Of a stretch of 64,000 bases of DNA, positions 48,275-57,992 are shown piece after piece. This DNA is from an uncultured delta proteobacterium (lineage in GTDB: Bacteria; Desulfobacterota; Binatia; UBA9968). Position 1 is the first letter of the stretch; every line of letters starts with the position of its first letter. A program made the position numbers and the translations under genes. The stretch covers positions 160,001 to 224,000 of the forward strand of contig CAWFJP010000001.1 in NCBI GenBank assembly GCA_963816145.1, given 5' to 3'. The notes under the pieces are model-generated. The model was not told the DNA's origin and searched no databases. It saw only the letters and a program-made list of their open reading frames with translations.

Positions 48275-49129
48275 TTACTGTCCGCTAATCTTGATGATTC
48301 GATTGTCGATCAAGCGCGCCCGGCCGAAGCGCACCGCCAAGGCGAGCACCGCCGTGCCTTGGACCCGATCGACTTCCTGCAGCGAGTCGGCATCGCAGAG
48401 CTTGGCGTATTCGACTTGCGCCAGCGGCTCCCGAGCAAGGTCGGCGGCAACGACACGGAGCAATGGCGCGGCGCAAGTCTCGCCGCGCCGTGCCAGCTTT
48501 TCCGCCTTGCACAGCGCCCGCGACAAACAAACCGCAGCGCGCCTTTCTTCAGGTGTCAGATAGGCGTTGCGCGAACTCATGGCCAGACCGTCGGCTTCGC
48601 GCACGATCGGATGGCCGACGATCTCCACGTCCATGCTCAAATCGCGCACCAAACGGCGCACCACCTGGAGCTGCTGAAAGTCTTTCTCGCCAAAAACAGC
48701 AACATGCGGCTGAACAATATTAAACAGCTTGGCGACCACCGTGGCGACGCCGCGAAAATGACCGGGACGCACCGCGCCGCAGAGCGGCAAGCTCAAATTC
48801 TCCACTTCGATATGCGTCTGATAGCCATCGGGATAAATCTCCGCCACGGTCGGGTGAAACAACACATCGGCGCCCAGGCTTTCCAGCAGCGCTCGGTCGC
48901 GCTGCAGGTCGCGCGGATATTTGGCGAAATCCTCGCTCGGCCCGAACTGCATCGGGTTGACGAAGATCGACACCACCACGCGCTCGCCCCTGGTTTTGGC
49001 GTCGCGCACGAGACCGAGATGGCCCTCGTGCAACGACCCCATGGTCGGCACAAAGACGATGCGGCGCAATTGGCGCCGCTCGCCCTCGCTCCAGGCGCGC
49101 ATGTCGGCGATCTGTTCGATGATCTGCAT
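48275..49129 (-). CDS. panC: Pantoate-beta-alanine ligase
   Basis: PTMGSLHEGH, RPGHFRGV, FGEKD, LAMSSRN, RLIDN. Confidence 0.97.
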   Translation of the reverse strand: MQIIEQIADMRAWSEGERRQLRRIVFVPTMGSLHEGHLGLVRDAKTRGERVVVSIFVNPMQFGPSEDFAKYPRDLQRDRALLESLGADVLFHPTVAEIYPDGYQTHIEVENLSLPLCGAVRPGHFRGVATVVAKLFNIVQPHVAVFGEKDFQQLQVVRRLVRDLSMDVEIVGHPIVREADGLAMSSRNAYLTPEERRAAVCLSRALCKAEKLARRGETCAAPLLRVVAADLAREPLAQVEYAKLCDADSLQEVDRVQGTAVLALAVRFGRARLIDNRIIKISGQ

Positions 49130-49177
49130 GATCGTTAATTCACCCTGTTGGAGTGTTAGCTGGTGCTTCGCTTCGCA

Positions 49178-49242
49178 AGGATCCCTCTCGACGTACGGAT
49201 GACGGCTACTCTATTGGTCATTTCGAGCGAAGCGAGAAATCT
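49178..49242. repeat. REP-like pair (GTCATTTCGAGCGAAGCGAGAAATCT type)
   Basis: Clear half at 49217-49242 and degenerate inverted half at 49178-49203. Confidence 0.55.
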
Positions 49243-49310
49243 ATTCGACCTCGCTGCCGCAGGGCTCGTGTGAATCCCAACCGCAACCGAGTGTTGGCAA
49301 CACTCCGATC

Positions 49311-50114
49311 TCATTTGAACGAATGTTCCGCCGCCGGAAACTTGCGCTCTTTGACCTCGCCGACGAATTCCTTCACCGCGCCGAGCATGGTTTGTTTCAC
49401 ATCGGCGTAGCGCTTGACGAATTTCGGCACGAAGTCGTCAAACAGGCCGAGCATATCATGAATCACCAGCACCTGACCGTCGCACTGCATGCCCGCGCCA
49501 ATACCGATAGTCGGGATAGTTAAGCGCTCGGTGATCTCGCCGGCCAGGTCTTGAGGGATGCCCTCCAACACGACCGCGAACGCACCGGCCTGCTCCACCG
49601 CGACAGCATCGCGCAACAGCGCGTCGCGCCGTTCGCTTTCCCGGCCTTGGACCTTGTAACCGCCGAACTGGTGAACCGACTGGGGCGTCAGCCCGATATG
49701 GCCCATCACCGGCATGCCGGCATCCACGATGGCCCGGATCGAATCTTGCACGGCCACGCCGCCTTCGAGCTTGATCGCCTCGGCGCCGGCTTCCTTGAAA
49801 AAGCGCCCGGCGTTGCGCAGCGCCTCGTCCTTGCCGGTTTGATAAGACATGAACGGCATATCGCCGATGACTAACGCGCGCTTACGCCCGCGCGCCACCA
49901 AGCGGGTATGGTAGATCATCTCGTCCATGGTGACGGCGAGAGTATTGGCGCCACCCTGGACGACACAGCCCAACGAATCGCCGACCAACAGCATCTCGAT
50001 ACCGGCCTCGTCGAGAATCCGCGCAAACGAATAGTCGTAGGCGGTCAAGCAGGTAATTCGCTCGCCGCGCTGCTTCATCTTCAAGATATGCGGTACGGTG
50101 ATCTTGTCGCCCAT
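49311..50114 (-). CDS. panB: Ketopantoate hydroxymethyltransferase
   Basis: [31 protein letters not shown]. Confidence 0.97.
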   Translation of the reverse strand: MGDKITVPHILKMKQRGERITCLTAYDYSFARILDEAGIEMLLVGDSLGCVVQGGANTLAVTMDEMIYHTRLVARGRKRALVIGDMPFMSYQTGKDEALRNAGRFFKEAGAEAIKLEGGVAVQDSIRAIVDAGMPVMGHIGLTPQSVHQFGGYKVQGRESERRDALLRDAVAVEQAGAFAVVLEGIPQDLAGEITERLTIPTIGIGAGMQCDGQVLVIHDMLGLFDDFVPKFVKRYADVKQTMLGAVKEFVGEVKERKFPAAEHSFK

Positions 50115-50126
50115 GATCTACCCTCC

Positions 50127-50161
50127 AAAAATAAAAAGCCCTCCAGACAGAGCCGGAAGGC
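50127..50161 (-). terminator. Intrinsic terminator/attenuator upstream of panB
   Basis: GCCTTCCGGC-loop-GTCTGGAGGGC followed by TTTTTATTTTT. Confidence 0.65.
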
Positions 50162-50212
50162 CAATTCTAAAGGGAGAGCCGCCGACTCCCCCCAACCAGC
50201 GCCTTTTGGCAT

Positions 50213-50244
50213 CCGTCTCGGTCCAGTTACCTGGATCCAAGCGG
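50213..50244 (-). promoter_or_regulatory. pan RNA motif-like hairpin
   Basis: CCG-CTTGG-A-TCCAG-GTAA-CTGGA-CCGAG-A-CGG: stem with two bulged A, in the panB leader. Confidence 0.6.
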
Positions 50245-50868
50245 TATATAGTGTTGCGTCCCCGAGCCCATGCCGTTGATTTCTTTGATCAAGTCAGCCA
50301 GATCCTGGCTGCTTGAGACGAAATCGATCTCCGAAGTATTCACCACCAGTAGCGGCGTTTCGTCGTAGTGGAAAAAAAACTGATTGTACGCCTGGGCTAC
50401 TTCGGTCAGGTACTCGAAGGTGACGCTTTTTTCGTATTTTTTATCCCTCTTTTTAACCCGCTTGTAAAGCACCTCCGGCCGGGCCTGGAGATAAACGACC
50501 AAATCCGGCTTGGGGACGCGGGTATTCAAGAGAGCGTAGACTTGCTGGTAAAGATTCAGCTCCTCGGCGCTGAGCGTCAACGACGCGAAGATTTGGTCCT
50601 TGGCAAATAGGTAATCCGAGACCGTCCCCTGGCTGAACAGGTCTTGCTGCCCCAACTCCATCTGCTGATGATAGCGGCTGAGCAAAAAAAAGGTTTGGTT
50701 TTGGAACGCGTAGGTTTCCCGCGACTGGTAAAACTTGGACAAAAACGGGTTATCTTCCACCCGTTCGAAGATCCGGCGCGACTGGAACTCGTCGGCGAGA
50801 ATTTTGGCCAAACTGGTCTTGCCCACGCCGATGGGCCCTTCGACCACGATGTACTTCGCCTTGGTCAT
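50227..50868 (-). CDS. Deoxynucleoside kinase
   Basis: EGPIGVGKT, NPFL, QTFFLLSR, PDLVVYLQA. Confidence 0.93.
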   Translation of the reverse strand: MTKAKYIVVEGPIGVGKTSLAKILADEFQSRRIFERVEDNPFLSKFYQSRETYAFQNQTFFLLSRYHQQMELGQQDLFSQGTVSDYLFAKDQIFASLTLSAEELNLYQQVYALLNTRVPKPDLVVYLQARPEVLYKRVKKRDKKYEKSVTFEYLTEVAQAYNQFFFHYDETPLLVVNTSEIDFVSSSQDLADLIKEINGMGSGTQHYIPLGSR

Positions 50869-50924
50869 TGGAATGAATGAATTTACACGTTGGCCGGAAG
50901 CTTGTCTAGGTTATATGATGGCGC

Positions 50925-52002
50925 ATGACCATGAAGACACTGCGGCAAAAAATCGGCCAATTGTTTCTGGTCGGTTGCCAGGGCGAAGCTCTCAGTAACG
51001 ACGAACGGTTGCTGATCGAAGAATACCAGTTCGCCGGCTTGATCCTGTTCAAAATCAACTGCGGCGACCCGGCGCAGCTGGTATCCTTGTGCCGGACCAT
51101 CTGGCAGTCGTTCGACGCCGTCCCCCCCTTCATCGCCATCGACCAAGAAGGCGGCCGGGTGCATCGGTTGCCGGCGCCGTTCAGCCACTTTCCCGCCGCC
51201 GCGCGCATCGGCGCACGCCACGACCCCGACACTAGCCTATCGCCTTGGCAACGCAAGCGCGGCCGAACTAAGCCTGACTGGAGTCAATCTCAACTTCGCA
51301 CCGGTGCTCGACGTTCAGTCGAATCCCAACAGTCCGATCATCGGCGACCGCGCGTTCGCCGGCGCGCCCGCGCGTGTGATCGAGATCGCCACAGCCTGGG
51401 CCCAAGGACTGCGCGACGGCGGAGTCATTCCTTGCGGCAAACACTTTCCCGGCCACGGCGACGCCGATAAAGATTCGCACTTCGACTTGCCGATAGTGCG
51501 GAAATCAATGGACGAGCTCCAAGCCACCGAACTCCCGCCCTTCGCCCATGCCTGCCGCAATCGCATCGAAGCTTTGATGACCGCCCATGTCGCCTACCCT
51601 GCGCTCGATCCCAAACTGCCCGCCACTCTGTCCAAAGCGATCGTCACCGGCCTCTTGCGCCACCAATTGGGTTATGACGGGGTCGTTTTTAGCGACGACA
51701 TGGAGATGAAAGCGGTCAGCGATCGCTACAGCGTCGAAGCGGCCACCGCTCTCGCCGTCCGCGCCGGCGTCGATGTCCTGCTGTACTGCCATGAAATCGA
51801 CATGGCCGCCGCGGCGTTTGAATTTCTCTGCGCTGAAGCCGAGCGCGACGCCTCAGTGCGCGCGCGCATTGAAGATAGCTACCGGCGGGTCACCGAACTC
51901 AAGCGGCGTTATTTAAAAAACTTCACCGGTTTAGCTGAGAACGAAATCACCGCGCGGCTGGAAAGCTTGAACCACCGGGAGTTACTCAATGAATTGGTTT
52001 GA
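50925..52002 (+). pseudogene. nagZ: Beta-N-acetylhexosaminidase (GH3) with one frameshift near 51224-51227
   Basis: IDQEGGRV in first frame; NFAPVLD, KHFPGHG..DSH and FSDDMEM in second frame. Confidence 0.85.
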
Positions 52003-52040
52003 ATTGGCTACAGAATCAATTGGCTAGAGGCAGAACCGCC

Positions 52041-52111
52041 CGTCATGCCGGTGCAAACCGGCATCCAGGGTCAAATCCATCGGATGGATTCCGGCCTGTG
52101 CCGGAATGACG
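52041..52111. repeat. REP doublet (GTCATGCCGG..CCGGCATCCA / TGGATTCCGG..CCGGAATGAC)
   Basis: Inverted pair between convergent genes; same family as 4274-4361 and 54919-54986. Confidence 0.85.
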
Positions 52112-52123
52112 TCCCGGTAAAGC

Positions 52124-53467
52124 CTACGGCAGTTTGTAGGCGGTGAAGTCGATCAATTTTTGGATATTGCCGTGCAACTCGCCCTGCCATTTTTCCAGAA
52201 TGATGTCGGCGGGACATTTGCCTTTGGCCAAAAGCGTCTTGAGCGGTTCGAGATAGATCGTCTCATCGTTGCCCAATTCGTTGACGACGTTTTGCCGCCG
52301 CAATCCTTCCGCGGCGATTTCTAAAAACTCCTTGGCGAGATCGAGCAGCGTGTGGCGCCGGAAGCGCGCCGCCAGGGCATTGACATGAGAATCGAGATAG
52401 ACTTCATTGCGCTCGTCCCAAGTCCAGCCTCTGACCAGATCCCATGCCGCGTGCAAGCAATCGTTATCGTAAAACGCCCCTTTGATCAGCGCCGACAGCG
52501 CCGGCATCAGTTCCGGCGGCTGGCTGTCGACCGAGCGCACTTCGATGTAACGCTTGATACGGGTCTCGGGAAACAGCGTGGTCAGATGATCGGCCCAATC
52601 TTCAATGGTCGCCCGCTCGCCGTTGTGGCCATACTTCAAATACTCGCGGAAGGTCACACCGGTCATGTCGATGTAGTCGTGGTGGCGAATGATAAAATAC
52701 ATCGGCACGTCGAGCGCATACTCAACATAGTGAGCGAACGATGCGTCCGGCGCGAAGGCAAATTTCAGCAGCCCTTGGCGGCTCTTATCGGTGTCGGTCC
52801 AAATATGTTCGCGGAAGCTGCGGTAGCCGTTCAACTGGCCGTCGCAGATCGGCGAGTTGGCGAACAAGGCAATCAACACCGGCGCCAGCCCCATGCCGGT
52901 GCGGAACTTCATCATCGCGTCCTTCTCGTCGAGAAAGTCGATGTTGGCCTGCACCGTGGCGGTCTGCTTCATCATGCGCTGGCCAAGGGTGCCGACGGTC
53001 GGCATATACGGTCCCATGATGCGATAGCGCTTCTTCGGCACCCACTCGATCTCGTCGAGCCGGCTCACCGGCTGCATGCCGAGTCCGAGAAAAACGATTC
53101 CGAGCGGTTCGCACACTTCCAACAGCTCGCGGATATGTTGGTTGAACTCGGCATAGGTGCAGTGAATGGTCTCGCAGGGCTCGCCGCTTAGCTCGATTTG
53201 ACCGCCCGGCTCGAGAGTGATCTGCGTGCGATCGCGGCTGAGGGCAATGATGTTGCCATCTTGCTCCTCCGGCTCCCAGCCGAAACGCTCGATCATTTCC
53301 CGCAGGATGCGATCGACGCCGCGCGGACCGAAGTACGGAATCGCCTGCCCGGTGTTTCGGTCGATGCCGACCTTTTCGTATTCGGTGCCGACCCGCCAAA
53401 GGTTGCGCGGTTTGCCAGCGGTTTGAAAGTACGCTTCGAGTTCTTCGTGTTTTTCAATGACTGACAT
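52124..53467 (-). CDS. gshA: Glutamate-cysteine ligase (GCS2, plant/alphaproteobacterial type)
   Basis: VGTEYEK, TLEPGGQIELSG, ALFANSP, HLTTLFPE. Confidence 0.88.
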   Translation of the reverse strand: MSVIEKHEELEAYFQTAGKPRNLWRVGTEYEKVGIDRNTGQAIPYFGPRGVDRILREMIERFGWEPEEQDGNIIALSRDRTQITLEPGGQIELSGEPCETIHCTYAEFNQHIRELLEVCEPLGIVFLGLGMQPVSRLDEIEWVPKKRYRIMGPYMPTVGTLGQRMMKQTATVQANIDFLDEKDAMMKFRTGMGLAPVLIALFANSPICDGQLNGYRSFREHIWTDTDKSRQGLLKFAFAPDASFAHYVEYALDVPMYFIIRHHDYIDMTGVTFREYLKYGHNGERATIEDWADHLTTLFPETRIKRYIEVRSVDSQPPELMPALSALIKGAFYDNDCLHAAWDLVRGWTWDERNEVYLDSHVNALAARFRRHTLLDLAKEFLEIAAEGLRRQNVVNELGNDETIYLEPLKTLLAKGKCPADIILEKWQGELHGNIQKLIDFTAYKLP

Positions 53468-54485
53468 GGCTGCGTATGTTCTGTTGGTACGGTGGATTTA
53501 TCACTCCACGCTCGGTAATGATAGCCGTGACCAGTTCCTGTGCGGTCACGTCGAATGCCGGATTGAACACCTTCATGCCTTTAGGCGCCAGCGCTTTGCC
53601 GAAAATATGCGACACCTCTTTGGCGTCGCGCTGTTCGATCGGAATATCCTTCCCGGACGGGCAATCGATGTCAATCGACGAGGTCGGCCCGGCAACGTAG
53701 AATGGAATGGCGTGGCGTTTGGCCAACACGGCGATCGTGTAGGTGCCGATCTTATTGGCGACATCGCCGTTGGCGGCAACCCGGTCGCAGCCCACCACCA
53801 CCGCATCGACACGCCCCTGCTGCATCAAGTAGCCGACCATGTTATCGGTCACCAGCGTCGCCGGGATCTTCTCTTTTTTGAGTTCCCACGCAGTCAGTCG
53901 AGCGCCCTGGAGAAACGGCCGGGTCTCGTTAACGTAAACTTCAAACTGCTTGCCCGACTCTTTCAGCGCGCGAATCACGCCCAGGGCGGTGCCATATCCG
54001 GCGGTCGCCAGGGCGCCGGCATTGCAGTGAGTCATGATCTGTTTGGCGTCGCGCAACAGCGGCGCGCCGAATTTGCCGATCATTTTGTTCGCGGCGATAT
54101 CGTCCTTGAAGATTTGCAGCGCTGCTTGCTTAAGCGCGTGCCGCACGGCGTCGATACCCTGGCTGCGCTGGGCCGAATAGACCGCGCGCATGCGCTGCAG
54201 CGCCCAGAATAGATTCACCGCCGTCGGCCGGGTCTTGGCCAGTACGGCAACAATGCGTTCAAATTGCCGGTCAAAGCTTTTGTCCGGCGCACGAAGCGCG
54301 CCGAGCGCCACACCCATGGCGGCGGCGACGCCGATGGCCGGCGCGCCGCGGATCACCATATCGCGGATCGCGTCGGCGACCTGAACATAGTCCCGGCAAC
54401 TCCGGTAGATCTCACGATGCGGCAATAGCCGCTGATCGAGCATGATCACTCGATCGTTTTTCCATTCAATGGTTTTAACCGCCAC
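53454..54485 (-). CDS. mtnA: Methylthioribose-1-phosphate isomerase
   Basis: LDQRLLP, RGAPAIG, RPTAVNL, THCNAGALAT, ANKIGTY. Confidence 0.96.
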   Translation of the reverse strand: MAVKTIEWKNDRVIMLDQRLLPHREIYRSCRDYVQVADAIRDMVIRGAPAIGVAAAMGVALGALRAPDKSFDRQFERIVAVLAKTRPTAVNLFWALQRMRAVYSAQRSQGIDAVRHALKQAALQIFKDDIAANKMIGKFGAPLLRDAKQIMTHCNAGALATAGYGTALGVIRALKESGKQFEVYVNETRPFLQGARLTAWELKKEKIPATLVTDNMVGYLMQQGRVDAVVVGCDRVAANGDVANKIGTYTIAVLAKRHAIPFYVAGPTSSIDIDCPSGKDIPIEQRDAKEVSHIFGKALAPKGMKVFNPAFDVTAQELVTAIITERGVINPPYQQNIRSHVSH

Positions 54486-54551
54486 GCCTAGTTCCTAATT
54501 CAAAGGAGACCGAGTATATTAGCCGACCGAAGGAAGCGTCAAGAGCAGCTC

Positions 54552-54794
54552 GTGGATTTATATCGTCTCATCGGCTACGGCAGCGGACTCCTGTTCCTCA
54601 AAGCGGACATGGAGCCGGCCTCCCTATGGCGCACCGTCGCGCTCATCCATATCCTCGACGCGATTCTTTGCGGCGTGGTGGCCAAATACAGCGGCAGAAA
54701 TAAGTTTCTCTGGACCGTCAGCGGACTGGTCTGCGGCATTTGGGCGCTGGGCTTGGTGTTCTTGCTGCCGGCGAAAAAATCCAGCGGAATCTGA
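54552..54794 (+). CDS. Small membrane protein, unknown function
   Basis: 80 aa, hydrophobic segments, divergent from mtnA. Confidence 0.65.
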   Translation: MDLYRLIGYGSGLLFLKADMEPASLWRTVALIHILDAILCGVVAKYSGRNKFLWTVSGLVCGIWALGLVFLLPAKKSSGI

Positions 54795-54833
54795 GCTAAC
54801 GGCTGCCGCGGTGGCCGATGAGTGAATTCGATT

Positions 54834-55178
54834 TCACCACGAAGTGTTCATGAGCATTCGCTCGTCTACAGAGTATGAAATTGCAACCATCCCACCACCC
54901 CATGGTTTTTCCTTGATTCGTCATGCCGGCGAAAGCCGGCATCCAGGGGCGGGAGGGGATGGATACCGGCTTTCGCCGGTATGACGGAAACCACGTGCCA
55001 ATTCGTCGCCCGGATCATTCCTGCACATGTATTTTCTAAGGAGGACACGAAGATCACCAAGTTCAGAATCGATTTCCCCTTTGCAGCCATAGCGCCTTTG
55101 CGCGAAACAATCCGAAACTGGCCGGCGCGCACGGCGCACCCTACGGCAACCTTCGTGTCCTTCGTGCCTTCGTGGTGA
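54834..55178. repeat. Nested mosaic of several intergenic repeat families
   Basis: CACGAAG nonamer arms (54834-54844 with 55044-55061; 55151-55178), REP doublet 54919-54986, GTAG-type half 55124-55145. Confidence 0.75.
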
Positions 55179-55188
55179 GCCGTCCGGC

Positions 55189-55581
55189 TCAGCGATCATC
55201 CTGTGCGATCACATAAGCTAGCCCATGCTGTTTGGTGTGGGTAATCGAAAGAGCCCAACGACGAATACCCAGCTCGGCGGCGAGCTGCGCCGTCTTGTCA
55301 TGCAAAACAATCTCAGGCTTGCCGCTGCGCGCCCGCGCCACTTCGATATCGAGCCAGCGGACTTTAGCACCCCAGCCGCGGCCGAGCGCCTTCATCACCG
55401 CCTCCTTGGCGGCAAACCGCCCGGCATAACTCTCATACTTGCCACGCTGCTTCTTCTCGCAGTAAGCAATCTCGCTGACAGTGAACACCCGGTCGCGAAA
55501 ACGTTGGCCGATGCGCGGGTGCTCGATGGCCGCTTGGATACGCTCGACCTCGGCGAGATCGACGCCGGTGCTGATAATCAT
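55189..55581 (-). CDS. acpS: Holo-ACP synthase
   Basis: GVDLAEVERI, AGRFAAKEAVMKALG, SGKP, LSITH. Confidence 0.95.
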   Translation of the reverse strand: MIISTGVDLAEVERIQAAIEHPRIGQRFRDRVFTVSEIAYCEKKQRGKYESYAGRFAAKEAVMKALGRGWGAKVRWLDIEVARARSGKPEIVLHDKTAQLAAELGIRRWALSITHTKQHGLAYVIAQDDR

Positions 55582-55916
55582 CGACCGGCCTCGGCAACCT
55601 CGCGCTGCAGGCCGTGGGCTTCGCCCCAGCGGCACATCGCCTCCACCACGGGCTTTAGACTAGCACCCAATTCGGTGAGGGAGTATTCAACTTTCGGCGG
55701 CACCTGGGGATAGATGTTGCGGCTGACCAAACCGTTGCGCTCCATCTCGCGGAGCTGCTGGGTCAGCATTTTTTGCGTCACACCGGTCAATGCGCGCGCC
55801 AATTCAGAAAAGCGCTGGCGCCCGGCCAGGAGGTGAAAAATTATTGGAACCTTCCAACGTCCGCCGATCAGCGCAAGGGTGAACTCCGCCGGACAATTTG
55901 TCGCGTTCGCTTTCAT
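55578..55916 (-). CDS. HxlR family transcriptional regulator
   Basis: IGGRWK, TQKMLTQQLREME, VPPKVEYSLT. Confidence 0.93.
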   Translation of the reverse strand: MKANATNCPAEFTLALIGGRWKVPIIFHLLAGRQRFSELARALTGVTQKMLTQQLREMERNGLVSRNIYPQVPPKVEYSLTELGASLKPVVEAMCRWGEAHGLQREVAEAGR

Positions 55917-56017
55917 CGCCCTCTCCTCGGTTACTTTTTGGGTACTATACTACCGGCGGGTACGTACTTAACAAGCCGGCCGGTCGTGGTTAGCTTGGGC
56001 CGGGGAAAGGAAAGTTA

Positions 56018-57061
56018 ATGGCACAACCCGCACTTAAGCTCATTGACCATCAAAGCAACGGCGCTGCCGCCAACGGCGGTCAAACTACCGAAGACCACGA
56101 CGGCGAACTTCTCGACGCCTACTCCCAGGCGGTGGTCGCAGCCGCCGAAAGTATCAGCCCGGCGGTCACCTTCATCGAAGTCGCCAAGGATCCCCCTGCA
56201 TCGAGACACCGGCCAAGAGGAGAGTCAGGTGCAATGCGCGCTAGCGGCTCGGGTTTCATCTTCACGCCGGACGGACTGATCTTGACCAATAGTCATGTCG
56301 TCCACGGCGCGGGCAGACTCGATGTCACGCTAAACGACGGCCGGCGTTTTGACGCCAGTATCGTCGGCGACGATCCGAGCACCGATCTCGCCGTCATCCG
56401 GATTTCGGCGCAAAATCTTAACGCCGTCGCGCTCGGCGATTCGGCAAAAACTCGTGTCGGCCAGCTGGCGATCGCCATCGGCAATCCGTATGGCTTTCAA
56501 TACAGCGTCACCACCGGCGTGGTCAGCGCCCTCGGCCGCTCGCTGCGCTCGGAATCGGGACGATTGATCGACAATGTCATCCAGACCGACGCCGCCCTCA
56601 ATCCGGGCAATTCAGGCGGCCCGCTGGTCAGCTCCCGGGCGGAAGTCATCGGCGTGAATACCGCGGTGATTCTGCCGGCCCAGGGAATCTGTTTCGCGGT
56701 GGCGATCAATACTGCGAAGTTCGTCGCCGGCGAGCTGATCAAACATGGCCGCATCCGGCGCGCATACCTTGGCGTCGGCGGGCAAACCGCAGCGATTCCG
56801 CGCGCCGTCGTGCGCGCGCAGCAGTTGCGGAGCGAGACTGGCGTATTGGTTATTTCGTTGGAACCGAAAAGTCCTGCGGAACGCGGCGGACTGCGCGAAG
56901 GCGATGTGATCATCGCGTTAGATGGCTGCCCAGTGACCGGCATCGACGATCTGCACCGACTGCTCACCGCAGCGCGCATCGAGTCCCACTGTCGCGTCGA
57001 ATTGCTGCGCCGGTCAGAGAAACTTTTTCTAGACGTGCTGGCTCAAGAGGCTCAGAGCTGA
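56018..57061 (+). CDS. HtrA/DegP-like serine protease with one PDZ domain, no signal peptide
   Basis: GSGF, TNSHVV, TDLAV, TDAALNPGNSGGPL. Confidence 0.93.
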   Translation: MAQPALKLIDHQSNGAAANGGQTTEDHDGELLDAYSQAVVAAAESISPAVTFIEVAKDPPASRHRPRGESGAMRASGSGFIFTPDGLILTNSHVVHGAGRLDVTLNDGRRFDASIVGDDPSTDLAVIRISAQNLNAVALGDSAKTRVGQLAIAIGNPYGFQYSVTTGVVSALGRSLRSESGRLIDNVIQTDAALNPGNSGGPLVSSRAEVIGVNTAVILPAQGICFAVAINTAKFVAGELIKHGRIRRAYLGVGGQTAAIPRAVVRAQQLRSETGVLVISLEPKSPAERGGLREGDVIIALDGCPVTGIDDLHRLLTAARIESHCRVELLRRSEKLFLDVLAQEAQS

Positions 57062-57105
57062 TTGACGGTCACTCCCTATGTTGAATCGATAAATTGGAGG
57101 TCAAG

Positions 57106-57804
57106 ATGATTCAGATTAGACGGCAGCAAGAACGAGGCAAGACTAAACTCTCCTGGCTCGACAGCCGCCATACATTCTCTTTCGGCGACTACCACGATCC
57201 CCAGCACATGGGCTTTGGCGCTCTGCGAGTGATCAACGAAGACCGCGTCACCCCTGGCGCCGGCTTCCCGACACACGGGCACCGCGACATGGAGATCGTG
57301 ACGTATGTGCTGGAGGGCGAGCTTGCCCACCGCGATAGCACGGGTACGAGCTCGGTGATTCGTGCGGGTGAAGTCCAGCGCATGAGCGCCGGCACCGGCA
57401 TCAGTCACAGCGAGTTTAACAACTCGACCGACGCCGGCGTGCACTTTCTCCAAATCTGGATTTTGCCCGAGCGTCCGGCAATCACGCCGGCCTATGAACA
57501 GCGGGCGTTTGGCGCCTATGGGAAAGCCGGCAGCTGGCAGCTCATCGCATGCCGCGACGGCGAACATGGTTCGCTAACAGTGCATCAAGACGCAAAAATC
57601 TACCTGGCTAATTTGGATCCTGGCGCTTGGCTCGAATTTGAACCCCAAACCAAGCGAAATTACTGGGCGCAGATCGTTCGCGGCGAAGCGCGGTTCAACG
57701 ATAGCGCGATGACGGCTAGCGATGGCGCGGCGATTGCGAACGAAGCCAAGCTAAAATTTATTGCTTCGGCGCCGGCCGAGATCATGCTTTTCGATCTCGC
57801 GTGA
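57106..57804 (+). CDS. Pirin family protein (YhhW-like)
   Basis: HTFSF, LRVINED, THGHRDMEI, MSAGTGISHSE. Confidence 0.94.
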   Translation: MIQIRRQQERGKTKLSWLDSRHTFSFGDYHDPQHMGFGALRVINEDRVTPGAGFPTHGHRDMEIVTYVLEGELAHRDSTGTSSVIRAGEVQRMSAGTGISHSEFNNSTDAGVHFLQIWILPERPAITPAYEQRAFGAYGKAGSWQLIACRDGEHGSLTVHQDAKIYLANLDPGAWLEFEPQTKRNYWAQIVRGEARFNDSAMTASDGAAIANEAKLKFIASAPAEIMLFDLA

Positions 57805-57992
57805 AGACTCTGTCTAACCCAGCGCGCCGGCCGAGCGCGATGATAAACTCTGACGGCAATTGGCAAAATGTGAACGAAGCTAGCCAATCCATCATGCGCA
57901 TGGAATTTATCGAGTTCGTTCTAGCCGACGGTAGCGTCAATTCGGACGATTTGCTATCGTGACGCCATTCTAACTCAAGGAGACAAACCGCC

